From positions 1,577-65,576 of the forward strand of contig JABDMI010000036.1 in assembly GCA_013001575.1 (NCBI GenBank): a stretch of 64,000 nucleotides of DNA, written 5' to 3'. Numbering within the stretch: position 1 is the stretch's first letter; each line of letters begins with the position of its first letter. Positions 19,793 to 30,298 of the stretch are shown piece after piece. Below the pieces are notes generated by a model that was given only the letters and a program-made list of their open reading frames with translations, searched no databases and was not told the DNA's origin. The stretch is from Gammaproteobacteria bacterium. Lineage in GTDB: Bacteria; Pseudomonadota; Gammaproteobacteria; Steroidobacterales; JABDMI01. The position numbers and the translations under genes were made by a program.

Positions 19793-22700
19793 CTAGTCTA
19801 CCCAAACCCTGGCATTTCGAAATATCCGCATCCACGGACTGAACTCACCCCATTCCTGTTCGTGCTGCTTGGACACATACGACATCTGGATGGTACGGAA
19901 CACGCGCTCCGGATGCGGCATCATGATGGTGACGCGACCATCCAAGCTTGTCAATGAAGTAATGCCTTCAGGAGAACCGTTGGGATTATGCGGATAGGCA
20001 TCGTTAAGTTGATGACGATTATCCACATAACGCATGGAAATAATCTCAGAGGCCGATGCCAGGTGAGCAGCATCGACAAATCCGGCGCGACCTTCCCCAT
20101 GCGAAGTGACCACTGGCACAACTGACCCGGCCATGCCTTGCAGCAGAATGGACGGAGACTCTTCAATCCGAACATTGGAAAAACGTGCTTCGTATTGCTC
20201 GGAACGATTGCGTAAAAACTTCGGCCAGTGCTCGGCACCTGGAATAATGTCTTTAAGTGTGGACATCATCTGGCAACCGTTACACACTCCGAGTGAGAAA
20301 CTGTCTGTCCTTTCGAAGAACTGACTGAATTCATCACGCGCCTTGTGGTTGAACAAAATCGTTTTTGCCCATCCTTCACCGGCACCCAGTACATCACCAT
20401 AAGAAAAACCGCCACAAGCAACCAGACCTTTGAATTCAGACAATTTGTGGCGTCCTTGCAAAATGTCAGTCATGTGCACATCGTAAGTCTCAAAGCCGGC
20501 CAGATCGAACGCGGCGGCCATTTCCACATGACTGTTTACGCCTTGCTCACGGATCACGGCAACTTTAGGACGACTGTTCATATTCAAAAACGGCGCAGCA
20601 ATATCTTCTGCCACTTCAAAAGTCAATTTGGGCTGAACGCCTGGATCATTCAAATCCAGGATACGGTCATACTCTTCCTGGGCACAATGCGGATTGTCTC
20701 GCAGACTTTGCATGTGGTAAGACGTTTCCGACCATAAACGATGCAGTTCCTCGCGTGCGGCAGAAAAAACTGAATTATCATTTCGTTTGAAGTCGATGTG
20801 GTTCGACTTGAGCGGCCGACCGATCTCGACACAGAATTCACTCAAACCATACTGTGCAATTATCTTGGTAACCGCTGCCAGATCGTTTTGACTGACTTGT
20901 AACACAGCGCCCAGTTCTTCACTGAACAGTGCGGATACGTTATCGGTATTTAATTGATCCAAATTAATATCCAGACCACAACGACTCGCAAACGCCATTT
21001 CTGTCAGAGTTGCAAAAAGACCGCCATCGGAACGATCATGATAGGCCAGCAATAAATCATTCTGATTGAGACTTTGAATCAACTGGAATGCCGATTTCAG
21101 GATCTCGGCATCATCCACATCCGGTGTTTCAGATCCGGTTTGTTGATATACCTGGGTCAGGATGGAACCGCCCAGGCGATCTTTACCAGCTCCAAGATCC
21201 AGTAATATCAATACGGATTGCGTTTCCAAATCCAATAACGGGGTTAAGGTTTTGCGCGCGTCTTTAACTGGCGAAAAACCGGAAATTATTAATGACAATG
21301 GCGCAACCACTTCGTGTTCATTCTCGCCCTCATTCCACTTGGTGCGCATGGACAAGGAATCCTTACCCACCGGAACCGCAATCCCCAAGTCTGGACAGAG
21401 CTCTTCGCCAACCGCTTTGACTGTGGCATACAAAGCCGCGTCTTCACCGTCGTACCCGCAGGCCGCCATCCAGTTGGCCGACAGTTTAATATTTCCGATG
21501 TCGCCAATATTGGAGGCAGCCATATTGAGCAAACACTCTCCGATCGCCAAGCGCCCTGATGCCGGTGCGTTCAAACTGGCGACCGGGGCGCGTTCACCCA
21601 TGGCCATGGCTTCACCGGTAAAGCCTGACAAGGAACCGGTCGTTACCGCCACATCGGCCACCGGAACTTGCCAGGGCCCGACCATTTGGTCGCGCGCGGT
21701 ATGCCCCATTACCGCCCGGTCACCTATGGTCACCAGAAAAGTTTTATCGCCCACAGTCGGGTGACGCAGAACGCGTGAAACGGCGTCTTGAAGGTCCAGT
21801 GAGCTGGTATCAAAATCATCCCCGGTAAGCGAGCGTGACTCAACATCGCGCAACATTTTCGGTGCTTTGCCGAGCAACACTTCCATCGGCATATCGACCG
21901 GATTATTACCAAATTTTTCATCGCTGATGATGAGTTGCTTTGCTTCAGTTAATTCACCGACCACACAATATAAAGCGCGTTCGCGTTCACAGATCGCTTT
22001 GAATTCGTCAATTCGTTCGGGAGTGATGCACAACACAAAACGCTCCTGGGCTTCGTTACACCAGATCTCCATCGGCGACATGCCCGGTTCGTCATTCAGC
22101 ACATTCCGCAGTTCGATCACGCCGCCATGTTTGGAGTGATCAATGAGTTCCGGCAAGGCATTGGAAATTCCTCCCGCGCCCACATCATGGATCAGTGCGA
22201 TCGGGTTGTTCTCGCCCATTTGCCAACAACGGTCGATAACTTCCTGAGCGCGTCGTTGCATTTCGGGATTGCCGCGTTGCACCGAGGCAAAGTCCAGATC
22301 TTCGGAAGACGTCCCCGATGAGACCGACGAGGCTGCACCGCCACCCAGACCGATCAACATCGCCGGCCCACCGAGCACAACCAGCTTAAGCCCTGGATGT
22401 ACATCGGGTTTGACAGCGTGTTCCGCTTTGATGTTTCCCATGCCGCCGGCGATCATGATCGGCTTGTGATAACCACGACGCATGGATGAGTCAGACCCGG
22501 GTTTTGCTGCCGTTTGTTCGTAACTACGGAAATAACCGGTTAGATTCGGGCGGCCGAATTCGTTATTGAATGCGGCACCCCCAATCGGCCCTTCCAGCAT
22601 AATATCGAGTGCCGAAGCAATACGATCGGGTTTGTGTAGCTCACCTTCCCAGGGTTTGGAGGCATCGGGCAAATGTAAATTGGACACTGAAAATCCACAC

Positions 22701-23692
22701 AGTCCGGCTTTGGTTTTCGCCCCCAGACCAGTGGCCGCTTCATCGCGTATTTCACCACCATTACCGGTTGATGCGCCGGGATAAGGTGAGATAGCGGTTG
22801 GATGATTATGCGTTTCTACCTTGATCATGATGTGCGCGGGTTCCGTATGCCAGGCATAATCACCGGCAACTTGCTCGGCATAAAAACGTCTGGTCTCAGC
22901 CCCGGCAATGACGGCCGCATTATCCGAATAGGCAGACAGCACGCCTTCAGAATAATGTTCATGGGTATTACGAATCATGGAAAACAGCGATTTTGGCTGC
23001 TCAACACCGTCAATGACCCAGTCGGCGTTAAAGATCTTGTGGCGGCAGTGCTCCGAGTTGGCCTGTGCAAACATCATCAATTCGGCATCGCTTGGATTAC
23101 GGCCCGACTTGGAAAAATTTTCGAATAAATAGTCCACTTCGTCCTCGGACAAAGCCAAACCCAATTCGGCATTGGCGGTTTGCAAGGCTTGTTTGCCATG
23201 TTGCAAAATATCGATGCGCACTAAAGGCTTTGCTTCGGCACTTGAAAAAAGCTGTTTGGCATCGGCCAGATCAAACACCAGCATTTCGATCATTCGATCG
23301 CGCAATATATTGGATATGCTAAGCAGTTCAGATTCGTTCAAATCCTTTGCAGCGGAAATTTCGAAGGCAATGCCGCGTTCCACGCGTTTGACCTTTTCCA
23401 GGCCTGCATTGTGCACAATATCGCTTGCTTTGGATGACCAGGGTGAAATGGTGCCCAAACGCGGAAAGACCCACACGTTAGGTTTCAGTGATTGTTTTGA
23501 GCCGGTTTCACCGTAGCTTAATAGAGCCACAAGTATGTCGTGCTCTTTAGAATCCAGTTCGGCATTGAGCTCGGCAATGTGTACAAACTGCGACTGGATC
23601 GAACTGATCGACGGTAATTGATCTTGTAATTGGGTAAGTATTTTTTTTAAACGAAAAGACGAATGCGCCGCGGTGCCATGTAAAGTTAGCAT
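19793..23692 (-). CDS. purL: phosphoribosylformylglycinamidine synthase (single-chain)
   Basis: 1299 aa, full-length large PurL with a C-terminal glutaminase domain (GVCNGCQM). Confidence 0.97.
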   Translation of the reverse strand: MLTLHGTAAHSSFRLKKILTQLQDQLPSISSIQSQFVHIAELNAELDSKEHDILVALLSYGETGSKQSLKPNVWVFPRLGTISPWSSKASDIVHNAGLEKVKRVERGIAFEISAAKDLNESELLSISNILRDRMIEMLVFDLADAKQLFSSAEAKPLVRIDILQHGKQALQTANAELGLALSEDEVDYLFENFSKSGRNPSDAELMMFAQANSEHCRHKIFNADWVIDGVEQPKSLFSMIRNTHEHYSEGVLSAYSDNAAVIAGAETRRFYAEQVAGDYAWHTEPAHIMIKVETHNHPTAISPYPGASTGNGGEIRDEAATGLGAKTKAGLCGFSVSNLHLPDASKPWEGELHKPDRIASALDIMLEGPIGGAAFNNEFGRPNLTGYFRSYEQTAAKPGSDSSMRRGYHKPIMIAGGMGNIKAEHAVKPDVHPGLKLVVLGGPAMLIGLGGGAASSVSSGTSSEDLDFASVQRGNPEMQRRAQEVIDRCWQMGENNPIALIHDVGAGGISNALPELIDHSKHGGVIELRNVLNDEPGMSPMEIWCNEAQERFVLCITPERIDEFKAICERERALYCVVGELTEAKQLIISDEKFGNNPVDMPMEVLLGKAPKMLRDVESRSLTGDDFDTSSLDLQDAVSRVLRHPTVGDKTFLVTIGDRAVMGHTARDQMVGPWQVPVADVAVTTGSLSGFTGEAMAMGERAPVASLNAPASGRLAIGECLLNMAASNIGDIGNIKLSANWMAACGYDGEDAALYATVKAVGEELCPDLGIAVPVGKDSLSMRTKWNEGENEHEVVAPLSLIISGFSPVKDARKTLTPLLDLETQSVLILLDLGAGKDRLGGSILTQVYQQTGSETPDVDDAEILKSAFQLIQSLNQNDLLLAYHDRSDGGLFATLTEMAFASRCGLDINLDQLNTDNVSALFSEELGAVLQVSQNDLAAVTKIIAQYGLSEFCVEIGRPLKSNHIDFKRNDNSVFSAAREELHRLWSETSYHMQSLRDNPHCAQEEYDRILDLNDPGVQPKLTFEVAEDIAAPFLNMNSRPKVAVIREQGVNSHVEMAAAFDLAGFETYDVHMTDILQGRHKLSEFKGLVACGGFSYGDVLGAGEGWAKTILFNHKARDEFSQFFERTDSFSLGVCNGCQMMSTLKDIIPGAEHWPKFLRNRSEQYEARFSNVRIEESPSILLQGMAGSVVPVVTSHGEGRAGFVDAAHLASASEIISMRYVDNRHQLNDAYPHNPNGSPEGITSLTSLDGRVTIMMPHPERVFRTIQMSYVSKQHEQEWGEFSPWMRIFRNARVWVD

Positions 23693-23727
23693 GCTTACCC
23701 TAGTTTGTTGGTAATTTAAAAATCAAT

Positions 23728-24066
23728 TCAGCTTTGACTGCTGGTCGGGGTGTAAATTGGTGACGGGAAACGCGTAACATTGTCACCATCTACTTTGGAT
23801 ATTTTACTTACGCCTTTTTTTTCAACTTCATCAATTCGTATTATGTGATGCAAGGGAATGTAACTACGCGTGACACCGGCAAATTCACTTTTGAGTTTTT
23901 CTTCTGACGGGTCGACCACCAGGGTGGTTTTTTCGCCAAAAACCATTTCTTCAACTTCCAAAAATCCGAACAAGCCGCCTTCACTGATCTCACGCGCGTA
24001 GATCTCGTAAACCTGGCCCTGGTTCATGAAGATCACTTTGAATAATGACTGGGTTTTGGTGTTCAT
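23728..24066 (-). CDS. DUF1820-family protein
   Basis: Conserved core (FKVIFMNQGQVYEIYAREISEGGLFGFLEVEE…VVDPSEEKLKSEF…IPLHHIIRIDEV). The start is placed at the internal Met (MNTKTQ, ATG 24066). The ORF-track start at 24177 would overlap mltF. Confidence 0.6.
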   Translation of the reverse strand: MNTKTQSLFKVIFMNQGQVYEIYAREISEGGLFGFLEVEEMVFGEKTTLVVDPSEEKLKSEFAGVTRSYIPLHHIIRIDEVEKKGVSKISKVDGDNVTRFPSPIYTPTSSQS

Positions 24067-24158
24067 ATTTTCGACAAAAGGCACAAAAAAGAGTGGGTAT
24101 TTTACCCGATGCAGATGCCTCCTGCAGGCCTCAGTCGCATGTGCTACATTCCCTACAA

Positions 24159-25685
24159 ATGACAATAAATTGGGCACGCAATCCGGAAAACCTCAAGTGG
24201 CTGAGTGTACTCGCTATTCTGGTGATATTGTCCCTGCTTCTGGTTACCTGTTCACCCGGGGTTAGTCCGTACCAAGAAATTATCGAAACCGGAGAATTGC
24301 GCGTTGTCACGCGCGAGAACCCGTCGACGTATTTTATTGAAAATGGCGAAGCCAACGGGTTTGAGTATGATCTGGCCCAGGGATTTGCCGATTTTCTTGG
24401 CGTTGAGCTGAAAATATATCCGGCCTCAGTCTCTCAGGCCTTGGCCGATGTTGAAAATGGTCGGGCGCATATAGCCGCGGCTGGTTTAAGTGTGACCGAG
24501 GCGCGTAAGTTGAACGTGAACTTTGGACCGGCTTATCAGGAAGTCACCCAAATTTTACTGGGACGTCAACAAAGCCGTCGACCCAAAGATCTGAGCGAAT
24601 TACCCAACTTTAATATTGCCGTGTTAAAGGACAGTAGTCATCAGGAACGACTGATCCAGTTAAAAGCCAATTTTCCGTATTTAAGTTGGGATGAAAAGAT
24701 CGCTCAAAGCTCACTTGACTTGATGCGCCTGCTTGAAGCCAGAGAATTCGATCTGACCATTGTAGACTCGGTGGAGTTTGCCGTGACGCAACGCTATTTT
24801 CCTAAATTAATCCCTTTGTTTGATCTAACTGAACCTCAGGAACTTGCCTGGGCCTTACCGGAGAATTCTCCACAACTGCAGTTAAAAGTTGCAGAGTTTT
24901 TTAATTTACTGGAGACCTCGGGTGACCTCGACCAACTGAAGGAATATCACTTTGGTTACATAAAAAGTTTCGATTATGTGGAAGTCACCAGTTTTACGCG
25001 TGATATTGATACTCGCTTGCAAGACTATATCGGGCTGTTTAAACAAGCCGAACAAAACTACGGCCTGGATTGGAAACTACTGGCGGCAATCTCTTATCAG
25101 GAATCGCATTGGCGTAGAAATGCGATATCTCCTACCGGGGTGCGTGGATTAATGATGTTGACAAAACACACTGCTGCAGAAATGGGAATCGCTGATCGGC
25201 GTGACCCGGCACAAAGTATCGATGGTGGCACGCGATATTTACTCAAAGTTATGGATAAAATTCCGAAACGTATCAAATACCCGGATCGCCTGTGGTTTGC
25301 CCTTGCCGGGTATAACGTAGGATTTGGCCATCTCGAGGATGCGCGAATACTTACCGAGCGTGCCGGAAATAATCCTGACCTTTGGAGTGATGTACGCGAA
25401 CATTTACCTTTATTGTCCGAAAAAAAATATTACAGCACCGTGAAACGTGGCAAGGCACGCGGTTCCGAGCCGGTTAAATACGTGGAAAACATTCGTGATT
25501 ATTATGACCTGTTACGTTGGTTAACGCGTGAAAATGAAGTCACAGCGGATCCACAAGCAGAAAGCGATTCCCCCGAAACACAGGACCAGCAAAGCGATGA
25601 GGAAGTTACCGTTCCACAGGAGGATGCTCCGGATGAGAACAATAAAGACTTGTCCGAAAACCTGATAAACGATGAGGTCATCTAG
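24159..25685 (+). CDS. mltF: membrane-bound lytic murein transglycosylase F
   Basis: N-terminal SBP_bac_3-like domain plus a C-terminal SLT domain (AISYQESHW…GLMMLT…AGYNVG). The start is placed at Met39 (ATG 24159), preceding the signal/anchor WLSVLAILVILSLLLVTC. Confidence 0.9.
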   Translation: MTINWARNPENLKWLSVLAILVILSLLLVTCSPGVSPYQEIIETGELRVVTRENPSTYFIENGEANGFEYDLAQGFADFLGVELKIYPASVSQALADVENGRAHIAAAGLSVTEARKLNVNFGPAYQEVTQILLGRQQSRRPKDLSELPNFNIAVLKDSSHQERLIQLKANFPYLSWDEKIAQSSLDLMRLLEAREFDLTIVDSVEFAVTQRYFPKLIPLFDLTEPQELAWALPENSPQLQLKVAEFFNLLETSGDLDQLKEYHFGYIKSFDYVEVTSFTRDIDTRLQDYIGLFKQAEQNYGLDWKLLAAISYQESHWRRNAISPTGVRGLMMLTKHTAAEMGIADRRDPAQSIDGGTRYLLKVMDKIPKRIKYPDRLWFALAGYNVGFGHLEDARILTERAGNNPDLWSDVREHLPLLSEKKYYSTVKRGKARGSEPVKYVENIRDYYDLLRWLTRENEVTADPQAESDSPETQDQQSDEEVTVPQEDAPDENNKDLSENLINDEVI

Positions 25686-25843
25686 ATGTGTATTGAACAC
25701 CGATCTGATATTTACGGTCGTGCCGGGCTTGACAGTGCTATTGCAATTGCAGTCTTGCTTGGCCGTAGAGCGAATAAGCGCTTGATATACCAGTCATTTT
25801 TTGAGACTATAATTTGGGCTAAGCACATATCCAGGGCAAATAG

Positions 25844-26524
25844 ATGCTGCATTCAAGTACACATAACACCAAATCACAAATTAAAACCTCATTATCAGGA
25901 CTGATCATTTTCGCGATGCTGTTGACTAGCCTCGCAATGATTGCTCAAGATGAAGCCGTAAATATCGCCCAGCCTGTTGACGCGAGTGTGGAAGCCGTTG
26001 CTGAAACCATTGAAAACGCATTAGATACAGATCTAACTGCAGAAGATACACCGGTTTCACAAACACTCCCTTCACCCACAATCAGTGTGGACAACCCGGT
26101 TGAAACTCCACCGCAAGAGATCAAACTGGCCTGGGACTCAATCGACGATGCCAATTCTTACAGCTTTGAATTATGCAGCGATAGCGCTTGTGAATCGGTA
26201 ATGTTGTTTTACAATAATTTGAAAGATCCTGAAATAGAATTTCCCAGTTTGAATGAGCAACAATATTTTTGGCGTGTGCGTGCTGTGAACGCGAATGGCG
26301 AACAAGGTGATTTTTCCTCGGCTCAACCACTATTGGTCAGTGCGGAATTTATTCCTGCTACGCCGGTACCAACTACTCCGACGCCTACAATCAGCGAAGC
26401 TGAATCCGGAGAAGCACCCTGGTTTGCAACCTATTTAGGCCCCTTGCCCTGGTATCTCTGGATCATTATGCTGGCCTATTTGTACTTTATTCTGCGAGTC
26501 TCTTACTGGTATATGGGTCGTTAG
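25844..26524 (+). CDS. hypothetical membrane-anchored protein with an FN3-like module
   Basis: 226 aa. N-terminal signal-like helix, an acidic linker, the segment LAWDSIDDANSYSFEL…YFWRVRAVNANGEQG, a Pro/Thr linker and a C-terminal TM helix. No family was recognised. Confidence 0.45.
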   Translation: MLHSSTHNTKSQIKTSLSGLIIFAMLLTSLAMIAQDEAVNIAQPVDASVEAVAETIENALDTDLTAEDTPVSQTLPSPTISVDNPVETPPQEIKLAWDSIDDANSYSFELCSDSACESVMLFYNNLKDPEIEFPSLNEQQYFWRVRAVNANGEQGDFSSAQPLLVSAEFIPATPVPTTPTPTISEAESGEAPWFATYLGPLPWYLWIIMLAYLYFILRVSYWYMGR

Positions 26525-26802
26525 GCATTTTCGTCAATAGTGTTCGGCAAAACACCGGTTTCTACGATGTTTTCTTTTTCAATCTTACTCAGACTTTTAA
26601 ACCAGGCTTCCCTTTTTAAAGCCTCGGAACGGTCACCGATCGCACTGTGCAAGATCAGTTCAAGCGGACCTTTGCCGCGTAATGCTTTGGCGGTTTTTTT
26701 CCCCATGGCCTGATGCTCTGAAAAACGTCTGTTTACGTCATTAGTAATACCGCAATACAAAGAATTATTCGCGCATCGAATTATGTACACCGACCAGATC
26801 AT
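26521..26802 (-). CDS. GIY-YIG nuclease-family protein (YhbQ-like)
   Basis: 93 aa. WSVYIIRCANNSLYCGITNDVNRRFSEH is the GIY-YIG motif. Confidence 0.85.
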   Translation of the reverse strand: MIWSVYIIRCANNSLYCGITNDVNRRFSEHQAMGKKTAKALRGKGPLELILHSAIGDRSEALKREAWFKSLSKIEKENIVETGVLPNTIDENA

Positions 26803-26840
26803 AGTTAGAGTTTAACCTAATAGTGGTGTCTAAATCTTGG

Positions 26841-26870
26841 TGCAAAAAAAAACGGGAGCCAATGCTCCCG
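26841..26870 (-). terminator. rho-independent terminator of the sigma-54 activator gene
   Basis: On the minus strand: cgggagc-attg-gctcccg followed by T9. It lies 24 nt after the stop at 26894. Confidence 0.75.
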
Positions 26871-26893
26871 ATATTAATTTGATTGCGTAAAGA

Positions 26894-28297
26894 TCAATGC
26901 TGACTATCGTCAAATTTTCCCAATAAACGATACAGACTGGTTCTGGATATTCCGAGGGACTCTGCTGCCAAGGTGTGGTTATTGCCACAGGTCTCCAGCG
27001 CTTCCAAAATGGCTTTTTTCTCGGCCACCTGGCGTGCGGTATTCAGATCAATGATATTGGCTTTGAGTGCTCCATCCAACCCGATATCATCAGCTGTAAT
27101 CGCTTTGTCACTAGAGACCACGATCGCGCGTCGAATTTTGTTCATCAACTCACGTACATTGCCCGGCCAGTCATAGGATTGCATGGCGCGCATGCACTCA
27201 TTGGAAAAGTATTTTTTGGTTTTACCGCGATTAAAGCGTGCCAAAAATGCTTCGGCCAGATCAGGAATATCGGCTCGATGATCTCGCAAAGCGGGGACAT
27301 TCACCGGAATAACATTAATGCGATGATAAAGATCTTCGCGAAAGCGACCCTCCGCAACAGACTGCTCCAGGTTAACATTGGTCGCGAGTATGATGCGACA
27401 ATCCACATCGATCTCTGTTACCCCGCCCAGACGCTGTATTCTGCGGGTTTCAAGAAAACGTAAAAGGCTTACTTGGATATTCATGGGCATGTCACCAATC
27501 TCGTCCAGGAATAAAGTACCCAGATCTGCCGCTTCGATCTTGCCAATCGAACGCTTGTCTGCACCGGTAAACGCGCCTTTTTCATTACCGAATAACTCGG
27601 AGTGGATCAGAGACTCTGGTAATGATGCACAGTTGATAGCAATAAAGGGGTGCTGGTGACGCGCCGATTGCAAATGTATGTTGCGCGCAATGAGTTCCTT
27701 GCCTGTTCCACTTTCACCCATCACCAGAACGGTCAAACTTTCTTCTGCGATAACCTTGATCATACGACGCATTTCGCGCATAACATCACTGTGGCCAATG
27801 ATCTCATCCACACTGGAATCCGAGATCAGGATCTGGTGTTGTGAGGTATTCTCGAGTTCAACCTGTGACAATTTGGCCATGCCATAAGCATGCCCAACGG
27901 TATCAAGAAAGCGACTTTCCTGAATTGGCAAACGATGATAATCATAGAATAGCTGGCTGAAGCGCATGTTCAGATGTCGTTGCAACCATTCCTCATCAGG
28001 AACAACGGCAATCCATTTGGTGGTGAAATTAGACAATGCATGATGCTCGATACTTCTCAGCAAACTGTCATCTTCAGTAAAAATGGTAATCACCACAGGA
28101 TAGTGGTTTTTTTCAATAAAGCCGGTAAATTCTGTGTCCGTACTACAGACATCAAATTGCCAATTATTCTTCTCAAGCACCTCGGCAAGCTTGTCGCGAT
28201 GCTTGCCCGATCCCACCAGGAGTATTTTATCTTTAATATACTCTTCTTTGTTTTTTGAATCGGAACCCTCCGTTTCCGTGTTATCTACTTCATCCAT
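26894..28297 (-). CDS. sigma-54-dependent transcriptional activator (bEBP) with an atypical receiver-like N-domain
   Basis: 467 aa. Walker A (GESGTGKE), the GAFTGA loop (EKGAFTGA) and a C-terminal Fis-type HTH. The N-domain lacks the acidic pocket (ILLVGSGKH in place of …DD). Confidence 0.9.
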   Translation of the reverse strand: MDEVDNTETEGSDSKNKEEYIKDKILLVGSGKHRDKLAEVLEKNNWQFDVCSTDTEFTGFIEKNHYPVVITIFTEDDSLLRSIEHHALSNFTTKWIAVVPDEEWLQRHLNMRFSQLFYDYHRLPIQESRFLDTVGHAYGMAKLSQVELENTSQHQILISDSSVDEIIGHSDVMREMRRMIKVIAEESLTVLVMGESGTGKELIARNIHLQSARHQHPFIAINCASLPESLIHSELFGNEKGAFTGADKRSIGKIEAADLGTLFLDEIGDMPMNIQVSLLRFLETRRIQRLGGVTEIDVDCRIILATNVNLEQSVAEGRFREDLYHRINVIPVNVPALRDHRADIPDLAEAFLARFNRGKTKKYFSNECMRAMQSYDWPGNVRELMNKIRRAIVVSSDKAITADDIGLDGALKANIIDLNTARQVAEKKAILEALETCGNNHTLAAESLGISRTSLYRLLGKFDDSQH

Positions 28298-28588
28298 TCC
28301 CGTTCTCCATTAATAATTGCCTGTATTTACGCAATACAAAATCGGTAAACTAATGCGCCTAAGTTCGAACTATAATATTTAGTGTAAGTTTATCTTTACT
28401 GAGCAAGTTTGTCAGTGGCCTAAATTTAACACAATTCTAAAGCCCGACCTTTGACTTGCAGGACATGAAATCATTTTTAATAATAAAAACAATCATTTAT
28501 GTAATTATTGCGAATGCAAAAAATGTAACAATTTGTGTCATGGTTACGCAATTTCCGTAGATTTGTGCAGCTCGAAGGTCTTTGATTG

Positions 28589-29719
28589 ATGCAAATAAAC
28601 TCACATTTTAATCCGGGTGAATTTCTGACCGATTATTGGCAAAAACAACACCTTGTCGTAAAAAATGCTTTCACTCTAAACCGAGATTTGATCACAGCCG
28701 ATGAGCTGGCCGGACTGGCTTGTGATGAAAACATGCAATCCAGGCTGATCTTAACGGATTCCGCGCAATCAAATTGGACCTGCGACTACGGTCCTTTTAA
28801 TGAGCAAGCTTTAACAAATTTACCTGCCACGCTATGGACATTACTGGTTCAAGCGGTGGATGAATATATTCCCGAAATGCAAGATCTACGCGACGCGTTT
28901 GACTTCATACCCAAGTGGCGACTGGATGATGTGATGGTCAGTGCCGCAAATACCGGGGGTGGTGTCGGGCCACATTTTGACTACTACGATGTGTTTCTGG
29001 TGCAATTATCGGGCACGCGCGAATGGAAGATCGGACAAGCATGCAATTCAAGGTCAACATTGAGAGAACATACGGATCTTAAATTACTCGAAAATTTCAA
29101 TACCCAAGACACACACATTCTCAAGCAGGGCGACTTGTTGTATATTCCGGCCGGTTTGGCGCACTGGGGTACCGCCATGAGTGATGATTGCATCACTGCA
29201 TCGATTGGATTCAGGGCGCCGTCTTATCGGGAACTGGTCATTGGTGCGCTGGAGAATCTCGCCGAACAATTCAAGCAAGATCAACGCTATCGCGATCGAG
29301 ACTTAACGCCAAACCAAGACCCTTATTTAATTAGTGCTTCTGTATCCCAAGAATTGGACAGCATTTGGCAGCACATTGATAAAAACGCATTGATACAAAA
29401 TCTGGAAAAAGAGTTTTCACGCCAGGTGACCGAAGTGCGTGACCCGGATCTATTCTCATTCAAAAATTACAGCGTAGAAGAGATCAAGGAACTTATTGAT
29501 GCAGACCGCTTGCACCTATCCAAACATCCTTCTGCGCGTTTTGCCTATTTGCAACAAAACGAAAATACAACTTTATACGTAAATGGCATAGATTATTCGA
29601 CCAATCTGGAGAGCGCGCTGTTTAGTTGTCATAACGATGTGTCCAAACTGCAAAACGTTGACCTGGAATTGATCGCCGAGCTGCTCAATGAAGGGTTTTT
29701 ATTGCTGCAAAAACCGTAA
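28589..29719 (+). CDS. roxA: cupin/JmjC ribosomal protein oxygenase (YcfD/RoxA-like)
   Basis: About 376 aa. N-terminus FLTDYWQKQHLVVKNAF and an HxD…H triad (GPHFDYYD…AHWG). The ATG at 28589 is preferred over the TTG at 28586. Confidence 0.8.
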   Translation: MQINSHFNPGEFLTDYWQKQHLVVKNAFTLNRDLITADELAGLACDENMQSRLILTDSAQSNWTCDYGPFNEQALTNLPATLWTLLVQAVDEYIPEMQDLRDAFDFIPKWRLDDVMVSAANTGGGVGPHFDYYDVFLVQLSGTREWKIGQACNSRSTLREHTDLKLLENFNTQDTHILKQGDLLYIPAGLAHWGTAMSDDCITASIGFRAPSYRELVIGALENLAEQFKQDQRYRDRDLTPNQDPYLISASVSQELDSIWQHIDKNALIQNLEKEFSRQVTEVRDPDLFSFKNYSVEEIKELIDADRLHLSKHPSARFAYLQQNENTTLYVNGIDYSTNLESALFSCHNDVSKLQNVDLELIAELLNEGFLLLQKP

Positions 29720-30298
29720 TTGATGTGTATCGCAATCCTGCATCAGGGAATCTATGGTATTTATTTTTACGCATTTCAGCCAGGTTCTGCACTGCTTTTG
29801 TTCGATGAATAAAGGCAGTCGGATGGTTTTTTTGATATTTGTAAGCCTTTGTGATTTTGTCAATAAAGCAACTTGCATATTGCCATCCACATTGAACTGA
29901 TACAGTGCCCCTAATAGAAATGCTTCATTATTCCGGTGTTGTAATGTCGTACCATGTGTCATGCCATGCTTAGTCGTTCTAATGGTAAATCCATTAACCG
30001 CAATGATTGCCCGATAGCGACGTATCAGTGATTTAAATGAAACCCGTTCATGAATCGTTTCAGTTCTAGCGATGGTTAATGGACGAGTAATTCGTTGCTT
30101 TTTATCCCAGTTCGGCAGCATGCCCCATTCTGCTGGAGCAATTTTTACTTTACCGAAAGTGGAATACACTGCCCACAAGGGCTCGGGTGGTTGAACGATT
30201 GATCTTGACGTGAAATAGGCTTCCGGGAAACCCACTCCCAGCAATTCCAGTGCAGACTGGATGGATGCATAGTCATCAATGCGAAGTTCTAAACTCAA
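29699..30298 (-). CDS. SRAP (YedK/DUF159)-like protein lacking catalytic residues
   Basis: 199 aa with a TTG start overlapping the tadA stop. EWGMLPNW…LTIARTET…RAIIAVNGF…RLPLFIEQKQCRTWL aligns to YedK, but Cys2, Asn75, Glu105 and His160 are Ser, Ile, Ile and Thr. Confidence 0.65.
   Translation of the reverse strand: MSLELRIDDYASIQSALELLGVGFPEAYFTSRSIVQPPEPLWAVYSTFGKVKIAPAEWGMLPNWDKKQRITRPLTIARTETIHERVSFKSLIRRYRAIIAVNGFTIRTTKHGMTHGTTLQHRNNEAFLLGALYQFNVDGNMQVALLTKSQRLTNIKKTIRLPLFIEQKQCRTWLKCVKINTIDSLMQDCDTHQLRFLQQ

Noticed and set aside
21162-21764. 200-aa plus-strand ORF, and many other 60-160-aa ORFs inside purL, hutU, guaA, guaB, gcvP, the Nma111-like gene, yrbG (38048-38521) and the bEBP gene (26975-27463)
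   Set aside because: All are antisense or out-of-frame shadows of long, well-supported genes. They have Pro/Ser/Arg/Ala-rich compositions and no motif support.
24045-24177. Apparent 133-nt overlap of the divergent DUF1820 and mltF ORFs
   Set aside because: This is an artefact of taking the most upstream start codons. The internal ATGs at 24066 (-) and 24159 (+) precede the conserved N-terminus and the signal peptide respectively, and remove the overlap.
25686-25904. 72-aa plus-strand ORF between mltF and the FN3-like gene
   Set aside because: No Shine-Dalgarno sequence or motifs were found. It overlaps the better-supported downstream ORF's start region and is most likely non-coding promoter or leader sequence.
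26521-26802. GIY-YIG gene as a homing endonuclease or mobile element
   Set aside because: It is a 93-aa stand-alone YhbQ-like GIY-YIG domain. It has no DNA-binding extension, intron or intein context, or flanking repeats.
28327-28552. ACGCAA half-sites as PurR boxes
   Set aside because: Only half-sites are present, without the palindromic ACGCAAAC-GTTTGCGT arrangement. The flanking genes (bEBP, roxA) are not purine genes. The sites are kept only as an unexplained repeated motif.
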